In this document: positions 57,101 to 64,000 of the stretch, one piece after another
Layout: each line of letters opens with the position of its first letter
How positions within the stretch are numbered: position 1 is the stretch's first letter
Origin: Candidatus Aminicenantes bacterium
Lineage (GTDB): Bacteria > Acidobacteriota > Aminicenantia > UBA2199
Length of the DNA: 64,000 nucleotides
Assembly (NCBI GenBank): GCA_018262835.1
Contig: JADFDP010000004.1
Coordinates: 9,808-73,807, forward strand
Direction: 5' to 3'
The notes under the pieces: model-generated
Databases searched by the model: none
The model's input: only the letters and a program-made list of their open reading frames with translations
What the model was told of the DNA's origin: nothing
Program-made: the position numbers and the translations under genes

Positions 57101-59924
57101 CCGCGTCAGCGTCGTCGCCGTGTACGCCAACAACGTCTCCGAGGAGGCCTCCAAGGAGTTTAAAGTAGAGGATGACAGCAAGATTCTGCGGGTGGACTTG
57201 GAAAGCCCTGGCGAGATCAAGCCGGCCAGCAAGGCCCCATTGAAGATCAAGGTTAACGATAACCAAGAAAAAGGGATAAAGGCCAAGCTTTTCGTATATG
57301 CCGTGGATGAAGGCAACCTATCCCTGCTTAACTACCGGACGCCTGACCCGCATGAATATTTTTCTTTTTTCAGCCTGTTTAGAAAAAATACGCTCCTTAC
57401 CCATTATTCAAAGAACTTCACTCAATGGGATTTCGAGCGCCCCATGATGGATATTCCCCTGTCAATGCCGGCTATTTTCGGCTGCGTTTTCAGGCCCGAT
57501 TCAACGCCCCTTTCCGGCGCAACCGTTACCCTTGAAGGTGAAAAGCACAATATATTGAAAACAGCCACAACCAGCGCCCACGGGTATTACAGCTTTCCCG
57601 GCCTGGCCGGCGGACGCTACGCGGTCAAGGTCGAGGCCAAGGGATTCCATCCTTTCCTGCAATCGGACATCTACTTCGACGGCGGCAATCATCGCCCCTG
57701 CGACCTGGCGCTGATCCCGGTCTCGGCAGACAAATATTGGGACTCCGCAGAGGAGTTCGGCGTGGAAGGCGGAGTCGCCGGAGGGGTCATGCCCGCGCCC
57801 ATGGCCGCTGAAATGAAGAGCATGGCCCGCCAAAAAGCAGAGAACGGGGTCGAAGGGGGTGTCGTTGGCGGAGTTCTCGGTGGAGCCGAGGCCCTCATAG
57901 CCGGGATTCGCGTGCGCAGCGACTTCAAGGAGGTCCTGTTCTTCAAGGCCGTGGAGACCGACGATGGGGGAAACGCCTCGGTCGATTTCGCGAGCTCGGA
58001 CCAGCTTTCCACCTACCGCATCATGGTTGTGGCTTACAGTGATGATCGTTTCGGCAACGTCGAAAAAAAGATCCTCGTCAGCAAGGACCTGCTCATTTCC
58101 GAAGCCATGCCCGAGTTCGCCCGCCAGGACGACGAGTTCAGCGCCGGCGTGCAGCTCAGCAACCGCACCGCTCGCAAGCTTCCGATCACGCTTCTGGCCA
58201 AGCCGGAGGGGATCGTCATCCACGGCGCCGCCCAGATCGAGCGCTCCCTGGACGCGCGCGGCAACAGCCTGTTCCAATTCCCTTTCCTGGCCGACCGCGC
58301 CGGCGAGGCCAAGATCAATTTCTACGCGGTCAGCAGTGCCGACAAAGACGGCTTGGAGAAGAAGCTTTACGTCAGCGACCGCCTGGTCAGAGAGACGCTT
58401 CTCGACTTTGCCAGCGGCAAGAACGTGCGCAAGATGATCGAACCCCAGACTGGAGTGGAGAACCAGTCCATCAGCGTCAAGGTTGCCCCCTCCCTGCTCA
58501 AGCCTGCGGTCAATATCGCAAAAAAATTGGTTTTTTACCCATATGAATGCCTGGAGCAGCGGGCTTCCAAGGTCATGCCTTTCCTGGCCCTGAGCCCGGC
58601 GCTGGCCGAACGTCTGGAATTGGGACTCGACCAGGGGCAGATCCGTGATGCCGTGAGCGGCTACCTGAAGATCATCCCCGAGTTCATGAACGGCGAGGGG
58701 GCCCTTTCCTATTACCGCGGCGGCCAGTATTCGTCCGACTATCTGACCGCTTATGTCCTGTGGAGCCTGCACCTGGCCAGGGAGCGCGACTTCCTGGTCG
58801 ATGCCCAGCTGATCAAAAAGCTGTCGGCATACCTGCAGCGGGCCAGCCTGGACAAGACCTGCGAAAGTTTCTATCAATTCGTTCTGAGCCTGCATAAGGA
58901 GGCCGACGGCAAGAAGCTGAAAAAGCTGGCCGCCGAAAGGGATGTCCTGTCCCTGCCGGCCCGGGTCTTCCTCTACCGCGCCCTGAACAACCAGGGGATG
59001 GGGAAAGAGCTACTTTCCACCATGCTGAACGAATTCAACAACAGCTTGCAAGTCGAAGCCGATTTCGCCTATTTTGACGTCCGCGAATTCTCCTACAATC
59101 GCGATTTCCCGTTCTACTCGTCGCGTTTTGCCACGGCCCTGCTGTTGCAGGCTGTCCTGGAAGTGGAGCACGAATACGTACTGGCCGACAAGATCATCCA
59201 TTGGCTGCTCGAAGGCGAGCCCCACTGCTGGAACACGACCCAGACCAATTTCTGGGTCCTGTGCGCCATGGACGAGTACCTTAAGCAGGTCGAAAAAAAG
59301 ACGGCCAGCAGGGCCGAGGTCGTCATGCTTGGAGAGAAGGCGGCCAAAGCCTTCGCCAACAGCCGGGACGTGCTCCTCGTCAGCAAGAAGCTCGGAGAGG
59401 GCAAGGAGACGGTCGAGGTGAAGATCAGCGCCGACCAGCCGGTCTACGTGACCAGCGAGCTTACTTACCAGCTGGCCCGGGCCGGGAAAAAAAGCCGCGG
59501 CATCGATGTGCGGCGGGTAATATACGATGACCAGGGGCAAGTGGCCGAAAATTTCAAGCGCGGGCAGATCTACCAGGTGGAATTGCTCATCAAGACCGAT
59601 AAGGAGATCCCCTACGGAGTGATCGACGAACCCCTGGCCGCCGGCTTCGAGCTGCTGCGCCAGGACATCGCCACCACCCGCTCCCTGAAGGAATTTAACA
59701 CCCGGAACGGCAGCACCCATCGCGCGCCCTGGGCGCGCCAGGAGAACTCCGCCGACCGCCTGGTCTTCTATACCTATTCCATGCAGGGCAGCCTGCGCTT
59801 CGTCTATTTCATCAAGGCCATGTACAGCGGCCGCTTCACCTGGATGCCCGCGGTCGCCCAGGGGATGTACCATCCCCAGTATTTCGGCCGCACGGCCATC
59901 CAGACGGTCGAGGTCAGAGAATAA
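54186..59924 (+). CDS. alpha-2-macroglobulin family protein, thioester-containing, 1912 aa
   Basis: YPYECLEQRASKV, with the CLEQ thioester at residues 1455-1458 (nt 58548-58559). RVRSDFKEVLFFKAVETDDGGNASVDF...STYRIMVVAYS (A2M domain). TAYVLWSL in the TED. N-terminal signal/anchor without a lipobox Cys. AAAGGAGG precedes the ATG. Confidence 0.9.
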   Translation: MKIFLAIWTVTLTIILATALTGGPQKDDLKVIYNLSGVLANLENKELAVTFSDDMLPLGGKRDGSAIVKIIPAVKGEFAWRGNRTLAFKPDPRFRYSTTYTAEIQAGTRSLAGKVLLRAIRWQWSTPQAYPIEVKTSAQEYFSQLARGQKLGFQVWVKDSLTLRFNQPVASTSAENFIVMKEAKSGARAQVRLTRKGSDAIEARWVKDLKRGTLYEFIVKKGFCGSEGSTGTEKDFSFTFATVPAFQYTGKQELTLFPDSPYCWLPFSNSLAEFDRGLIKVFKIAGIEKIPLKFNVETRYYENNSLLLQVEDELASGDRLSIRVDRNLTNTYKERLPENLELEANVCSSRSPRLGFSIQDNKLSMTAHSMKQASVRLLKLKPEFYAQLTNREFGMLQQKDFKADFIEKEIRQNFTELPERLNHPALRDQELGSPLGFFAILVQRYEPYNSCRDIGLMRLPASMPQDLQVFHRRNMDMVIKAGHGQTLYWLYDNRSGKGLGKIPFLLKGYAKETLSLGESAGNGVLLSDREIQESDLAVAKNPDDGDMALARIDRRPASDREVRIIVFSERDFYKPGDTVHIGGIVKEYASGKVSSPKATSASLEIMGPDWQKVKGDALKLDRLGGFHYEYKSDPAGKKGRYQILVKVADEQTWQGQDSITIDYYQPNTLEMKISGMAEHYLPEDTFRPVVSGSYLAGNPMAGDEFSSVLGLHPAHSKVFTANGLERYSFDLDRDLAKSDPTWKGSNKLDANGKCTLGISMSQFKETNFLAGLGFYATGKSTEGKEFTARAQSLFFPGKLLTGIRVGYYQNLKDQVNAELALVDFQGKPASSEARVTLYMEYYESSRRKLKKISGPVDVYIEKTKTHSFRVLEAGHYILRCDTPDVNSHVVSTSASFFAWDSGYSERTDKLRIESNQHVLRGGETLKCFIHSTREGQALVTVEREKVLDSRVIPLQKMTPLDIPVKKEYFPAIRVSVVAVYANNVSEEASKEFKVEDDSKILRVDLESPGEIKPASKAPLKIKVNDNQEKGIKAKLFVYAVDEGNLSLLNYRTPDPHEYFSFFSLFRKNTLLTHYSKNFTQWDFERPMMDIPLSMPAIFGCVFRPDSTPLSGATVTLEGEKHNILKTATTSAHGYYSFPGLAGGRYAVKVEAKGFHPFLQSDIYFDGGNHRPCDLALIPVSADKYWDSAEEFGVEGGVAGGVMPAPMAAEMKSMARQKAENGVEGGVVGGVLGGAEALIAGIRVRSDFKEVLFFKAVETDDGGNASVDFASSDQLSTYRIMVVAYSDDRFGNVEKKILVSKDLLISEAMPEFARQDDEFSAGVQLSNRTARKLPITLLAKPEGIVIHGAAQIERSLDARGNSLFQFPFLADRAGEAKINFYAVSSADKDGLEKKLYVSDRLVRETLLDFASGKNVRKMIEPQTGVENQSISVKVAPSLLKPAVNIAKKLVFYPYECLEQRASKVMPFLALSPALAERLELGLDQGQIRDAVSGYLKIIPEFMNGEGALSYYRGGQYSSDYLTAYVLWSLHLARERDFLVDAQLIKKLSAYLQRASLDKTCESFYQFVLSLHKEADGKKLKKLAAERDVLSLPARVFLYRALNNQGMGKELLSTMLNEFNNSLQVEADFAYFDVREFSYNRDFPFYSSRFATALLLQAVLEVEHEYVLADKIIHWLLEGEPHCWNTTQTNFWVLCAMDEYLKQVEKKTASRAEVVMLGEKAAKAFANSRDVLLVSKKLGEGKETVEVKISADQPVYVTSELTYQLARAGKKSRGIDVRRVIYDDQGQVAENFKRGQIYQVELLIKTDKEIPYGVIDEPLAAGFELLRQDIATTRSLKEFNTRNGSTHRAPWARQENSADRLVFYTYSMQGSLRFVYFIKAMYSGRFTWMPAVAQGMYHPQYFGRTAIQTVEVRE

Positions 59925-60027
59925 AGAGAGGAGCGAGTTCCCCGGAGAGGTTGGGCCTGAACGCCGCGGATTTTGGAGATAGCCGCCAGGCGTTGAACCT
60001 CCAGCCCGTCCCGCACGTAATAGGATT

Positions 60028-61269
60028 ATGACACGACGGGGAAACATTCCACTAGCGCTACCGCTGGCCCTCCTGGTCTTTGCCCTTGTTTCGCCGCTAG
60101 CTCATGCCTGCACGGGCTTCATCGTGCGGAATGCCGAAACAACGCTCGTGGGCAACAACGAGGACAACAACGCCACGAACCTGCGCATCTGGTTCATTCC
60201 CGGCGGCCCCGCTCGCCACGGCATGGTCTATTTCGGCACGTTCGATCCCGTCGGAAATGCCGAGGAGCGGGAAGGGGGCATGAACGACCAGGGGCTCTTT
60301 ATCGACGGCTTCGCCGTCCCGCGCCTCGTGCCGGCCCAGGCAGACGGAACTCATATCAAGGACCTGTCTTTCGACTTCGTGGACAGGGCGCTGGCTGAGT
60401 GCGCCAATGTAGGAGAGGTGGAGGCGCTGGCCCGCCGGCACCGCATCCGCTTGTATTCCGCCCAGTGGATGTTCGGCGACCGGAACGGCGATTCGATCAT
60501 CATCGAGGGCGAGCGGATCATCCGCGGCGACGGACGCTTTCAGGTCTGTACCAATTTCCGCCAGTCCGGCCTGTCCGGCCGCGAGCCCCCCTGCTGGCGC
60601 TACCAGACGGCCGTGGGCATGCTGTCGCGGATGGAAACTCCGACCGTGGCCTCCTGCCGCGAAATCCTACGAGCCGTGAGCGGGAGAAACACACAGTACT
60701 CTTATGTCCTGGACCTGAATGCCAGGCGGATCCATTATTACCATTTTCATGATTTCAGCCGGGAGATCGTATTCGATCTGGAAGTCGAGCTCGCCAAGGG
60801 AAGTCACAGCATCGACACGGTCCACCGGTTCCCTTCCAAGCTGGGGGCGCGGATGCTCGCCTCCAGAGGGGCATTTTATTTCGCCTCGTTCACCCTATGG
60901 TTCCTGCTGTTCTCCCTGCTTTTCTGGGGATTGCGAGCCATTTTCCGCCGGCTGAGAAAGGAAAAGGCAGGTAAATCGATCGCGGAGAGGGTACCGGTGT
61001 CCGCCAAGCTCGCTCTTGGTGCGATCGCCTTGCTCCAGTCCGCGTATCTCCTGCTCCTGCTCTCGGCCCCGCGGCTGGTCACTGCCCACGGCGGGGTCCT
61101 GCGCCTCGTGTCCTGGCTGTTCATCCTCTTGAGCGCCGTCTTGCTCGTTGTCTGCTGGAAGGCGTGGCGAGCACGCTACTGGACCCTGGCCGGCCGCATC
61201 CACTGCACGGCAATGGCGCTATCGTCTCTGGGGATCCTTGCCGTGCTGGCTTCCTGGCGCCTGTTCTGA
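60028..61269 (+). CDS. Cys-Ntn hydrolase (C45/choloylglycine-hydrolase-like) with C-terminal four-helix membrane anchor
   Basis: The signal peptide ends ...SPLAHA, immediately followed by CTGFIV...VGNNEDNN (N-terminal nucleophile Cys context). The last ~130 aa contain four hydrophobic helices. Confidence 0.65.
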   Translation: MTRRGNIPLALPLALLVFALVSPLAHACTGFIVRNAETTLVGNNEDNNATNLRIWFIPGGPARHGMVYFGTFDPVGNAEEREGGMNDQGLFIDGFAVPRLVPAQADGTHIKDLSFDFVDRALAECANVGEVEALARRHRIRLYSAQWMFGDRNGDSIIIEGERIIRGDGRFQVCTNFRQSGLSGREPPCWRYQTAVGMLSRMETPTVASCREILRAVSGRNTQYSYVLDLNARRIHYYHFHDFSREIVFDLEVELAKGSHSIDTVHRFPSKLGARMLASRGAFYFASFTLWFLLFSLLFWGLRAIFRRLRKEKAGKSIAERVPVSAKLALGAIALLQSAYLLLLLSAPRLVTAHGGVLRLVSWLFILLSAVLLVVCWKAWRARYWTLAGRIHCTAMALSSLGILAVLASWRLF

Positions 61270-61418
61270 GACCGGCCATTTAGGCAACACGCATGGCAAA
61301 GGGGATAGCGACTAAGAAAAATCCCGCAAATCATATATTCATCATGGCAACATGATCTTTTCCTGGATTTGCCCGAAATCTTTCACATAATCTTTTATTT
61401 GCAATATTTCAATATTGG

Positions 61419-61497
61419 GTGATCGAACAAGGGATGAACCGCCCCCACCACTTCGGCAGGACCGCCATCGAGACGGTCGAGTCAAGGAGTAAGCAGG
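61419..61497 (+). pseudogene. relic of an alpha-2-macroglobulin 3' end (about 20 codons)
   Basis: The translation ..EQGMNRPHHFGRTAIETVESR.. compares with the A2M C-terminus ..AQGMYHPQYFGRTAIQTVEVRE*. By hand alignment, 61431-61481 versus 59862-59912 gives 41/51 nt identical. Confidence 0.6.
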
Positions 61498-62303
61498 GGC
61501 GCGAACTTATCGCAGAGGGCGGCGTCGGGCTCGTGGCCTTTGGCTTCGGCCAGCAACGCGGCGCTGACGCCGGCCAGGGCCAGCGGCGAGATAAAGGCCT
61601 GATGCAGCGTCCAGGCGATGACCAGGGCCAGGACTAGCCCGATCGCCACCGGCGCCCCGGCGCTGCTGAAAATGAACCAGTTGGGCAGGGCCAGGAGCAG
61701 GAAAAGAAGCGCCAGGCCGGCAAGCGAAAATACCAACCAGCCTCTCATCAGGCGCCGGGACCGGTTCCCATGCCGCCAGTAGAGCGCCACCCCCTCCCGG
61801 ATCGCCGCCGCCGGCTCGCCGCCGCGGGCAAAAGCCAGGGCGAAGACGGCCGGGCTGAATCCCGCTTCGGCCATCCGGCCATAAGTTCCAGGCGTGGAAA
61901 GGGTGGCCGGCTCGTTTTCCCTGTCCAGGCCGATGAATGCCTGGCGCACGTAGCGGTTCCAGCAGGTCCAGCTTGAATAAGCCGGAAAAAAGCGCCGGGC
62001 CTCGGCCCGGGCCTGCGCCGGAGCCATCCCGGCAATCAGGGCAAGCATGGCCGCCCGGCGGCGGAAAAGGAACCAGCGCTGCCAGGCCAGGACGGTCAGC
62101 CAGCCTCCCAGCAGGATCAATATCGCCAGGATCGGAGCCGCTGCCGGAGCCGTGATCCGCGCCAGGCGCAAAGCAAACAAGGCCAGCCCGAATTCAAGGA
62201 GAATCAGCAGTCCGCCGAGAACCAGGGCTGCCGCATAGAACAAGTATGCGGGAAACGCCCTGGCGAGGGCTGCCAGCGCCTCCTTGAAATTCAGTCCCAG
62301 CAA
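61482..62303 (-). CDS. hypothetical polytopic membrane protein
   Basis: 273 aa with a TTG start 2 nt after the leuD stop and several hydrophobic helices. I recognise no family. Confidence 0.5.
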   Translation of the reverse strand: MLGLNFKEALAALARAFPAYLFYAAALVLGGLLILLEFGLALFALRLARITAPAAAPILAILILLGGWLTVLAWQRWFLFRRRAAMLALIAGMAPAQARAEARRFFPAYSSWTCWNRYVRQAFIGLDRENEPATLSTPGTYGRMAEAGFSPAVFALAFARGGEPAAAIREGVALYWRHGNRSRRLMRGWLVFSLAGLALLFLLLALPNWFIFSSAGAPVAIGLVLALVIAWTLHQAFISPLALAGVSAALLAEAKGHEPDAALCDKFAPLLTP

Positions 62304-62305
62304 GT

Positions 62306-62806
62306 TCAGCGTTTGTCCTTGGCGTCGAGCAGGAGCTTGCGGGTGAAGGGGATCAGCCCGCCGGCATCGATGATGACCTGCCGGGCCTTGGGCAGGGCCA
62401 CTACCGGAAAACTCTTACCCGATGTTTTATTGATGACCTGGTCGGCGGTCAATTCCAACTCGTCTCCTTCGCTGGCTTCAATGGCAGGACAGATTACCAT
62501 TTTCAATCCCAGGTTGATGGCGTTCTGCAGAAAGATGCGGGAGAAGTTTCGGGCGATCACAACAAAATCCGGTCCCTTGAGGCAGGAAGCAGCCTGCTCG
62601 CGCGAGGAACCGCAGCCGAAATTCTTTCCGGCCACAATGATGCTCTGCGGCGGGTATTCCTTTTTCTTTACCTTGGCGTTGAAATCGGGATAATCGATGA
62701 AGGCGAACTGCGGGGTCTCGGTCGGCAGGACCGTGGCCATGAAGCGCCCCGGGTAAATGATATCGGTGGAGACATCGTCTCCCACTTTAAAGACAACTTT
62801 TGCCAT
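62306..62806 (-). CDS. leuD: 3-isopropylmalate/homoaconitate dehydratase small subunit (short, archaeal-type)
   Basis: 166 aa. DVSTDIIYPGRF and GKNFGCGSSREQAA. Confidence 0.88.
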   Translation of the reverse strand: MAKVVFKVGDDVSTDIIYPGRFMATVLPTETPQFAFIDYPDFNAKVKKKEYPPQSIIVAGKNFGCGSSREQAASCLKGPDFVVIARNFSRIFLQNAINLGLKMVICPAIEASEGDELELTADQVINKTSGKSFPVVALPKARQVIIDAGGLIPFTRKLLLDAKDKR

Positions 62807-62807
62807 T

Positions 62808-64000
62808 TTACTTTCCTCCTTTTCTGGGGTCGGTGATCACGCCGGTGATGGCGCTGGCCGCGGCCACGGCCGGCGAGCACAGGAAGACTTCGGCATTGGG
62901 GTTGCCCATGCGCCCCTTGAAGTTGCGGTTGGTTGTGGCCAGGGCGACATCGCCGTCGGCCAGGGCGCCCTGGTGGACTCCCAGGCAGGGGCCGCAGCCC
63001 GAGTTCATGACCACGGCGCCGGCCTCCATGAAGGTGGTGATATATCCCTTTTTCAGGGCCTGCAGGTAGATCCGCGTCGAGGCCGGGAAAATCAGCATGC
63101 GCGTCCCCTTGGCCACTTTCTTCCCTTTCAGGATCTTGGCGGCGATGGCCAGGTCATCGAGGCGGCCGTTGGTACAGGAGCCAATGACGATCTGGTTGAG
63201 CTTGATGCCGGCAACTTCCTTGATGGGCTTGACGTTGTCCACAGTATGCGGGCAGGCGATCTGCGGCTGCAGCTTGGAGACGTTGATCGTGATCACCTGG
63301 TCGTAAACCGCGTCGGCATCGGGCGCAAGGAGGTCAAGCTTGTCCTTGACCCCGGCTTCTTCCTGGAGATAACGGACCGTTTCCGCATCGGGCGGCACGA
63401 TCCCGGAGGTGGCTCCGGCCTCGACCGTCATATTGCAGATCACCAGGCGGCCGGAGGTGGACATCTGCTCGATGGCCGGGCCATGGAACTCGATGACCTT
63501 GAAGTTGGCCCCCTCGGAGGTCAGTTTGCCGATCAGGTGCAGGATCAGGTCCTTGGGAGCGACATGGCGCTTGAACTTCCCTTCGCAGACCACCTTGATG
63601 GTGCCCGGGACCTCGACGTTCAGCACCCGGCCCAGGGCCCAAACCGCAGCCATTTCGGTGGCGCCGATGCCGAAGGAGAAGGCGCCCAGGGCACCGTGGC
63701 TGGTGGTGTGGCTGTCGGTGCCGACCACCACGTTCCCCGGCCGCACATAGCCGTACTCGGGGAGGATCTGGTGGCAGATACCGCCGCCGTCGCCTCGGAT
63801 GTCATGAAATTTGCCTATCCCCTGCTTGGCGACGAAATCACGGATCTTCTTCTGGTTGCCGGCCGTCTTCGAACTTTCGGCCGGCACGCGGTGGTCGAAG
63901 ATGATGGCGATCCGGCTCGGATCCCAGACCTTGGCTTCGAGCCCCGTATCCTTGTAGATCTCGCTGAACTGGTTGATGACCAGGGCCCCGTTCTCATGCG
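62808..64000 (-). CDS. leuC: 3-isopropylmalate/homoaconitate dehydratase large subunit (5' end beyond window)
   Basis: The frame stays open to the window edge; my translation upstream of the track's GTG reads HENGALVINQFSEIYKDTGLEAKVWDPSRIAIIFDHRVPAE. VGTDSHTTSHGALGAF, GSCTNGRLDD and SGCGPCLG Fe-S ligand motifs. Confidence 0.9.
   Translation of the reverse strand, partial: HENGALVINQFSEIYKDTGLEAKVWDPSRIAIIFDHRVPAESSKTAGNQKKIRDFVAKQGIGKFHDIRGDGGGICHQILPEYGYVRPGNVVVGTDSHTTSHGALGAFSFGIGATEMAAVWALGRVLNVEVPGTIKVVCEGKFKRHVAPKDLILHLIGKLTSEGANFKVIEFHGPAIEQMSTSGRLVICNMTVEAGATSGIVPPDAETVRYLQEEAGVKDKLDLLAPDADAVYDQVITINVSKLQPQIACPHTVDNVKPIKEVAGIKLNQIVIGSCTNGRLDDLAIAAKILKGKKVAKGTRMLIFPASTRIYLQALKKGYITTFMEAGAVVMNSGCGPCLGVHQGALADGDVALATTNRNFKGRMGNPNAEVFLCSPAVAAASAITGVITDPRKGGK

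Overview
A 64-kb stretch of a bacterial chromosome with heterogeneous GC (by eye about 42-70% per line). The lineage cannot be assigned from sequence alone. Most of the window is housekeeping: dprA (partial), HU, asnB, psd, ppsR, secA, guaB, surE, dnaK, hutU, ispH, rpsA, hisS, aspS, purH and leuDC (leuC partial). There are four tRNA genes: Pro-GGG, Gly-GCC, Cys-GCA and Pro-CGG. I found no CRISPR array, transposase, integrase, rRNA or phage genes. Six things deserve a second look. (1) A 587-aa protein fuses a spermidine synthase domain to two tandem, complementarily degenerate AdoMet-decarboxylase-fold domains; it has its own promoter/operator and sits next to an orphan urocanase. (2) A 1912-aa thioester (CLEQ) alpha-2-macroglobulin carries a folded-domain-plus-GVEGGV-repeat insert where the bait should be. 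It is flanked by a lytic transglycosylase and a membrane-anchored Cys-Ntn hydrolase instead of pbpC, and a diverged relic of its own 3' end lies 1.5 kb downstream. (3) A secreted pair of M16 peptidase homologues both lack the HxxEH zinc motif. They lie in a tRNA-flanked block that also holds a GTPase-less SelB C-terminal homologue. (4) A -35/-10/ATG geometry recurs and implies leaderless or near-leaderless mRNAs for at least eight genes, including secA, ispH and psd. (5) A 114-bp module of four consecutive perfect hairpins sits in one intergenic region. (6) A symmetric 3+3 array of GTTGA motifs lies between hutU and the speE fusion. All functional calls rest on motifs I read in the translations. 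No database search was possible.
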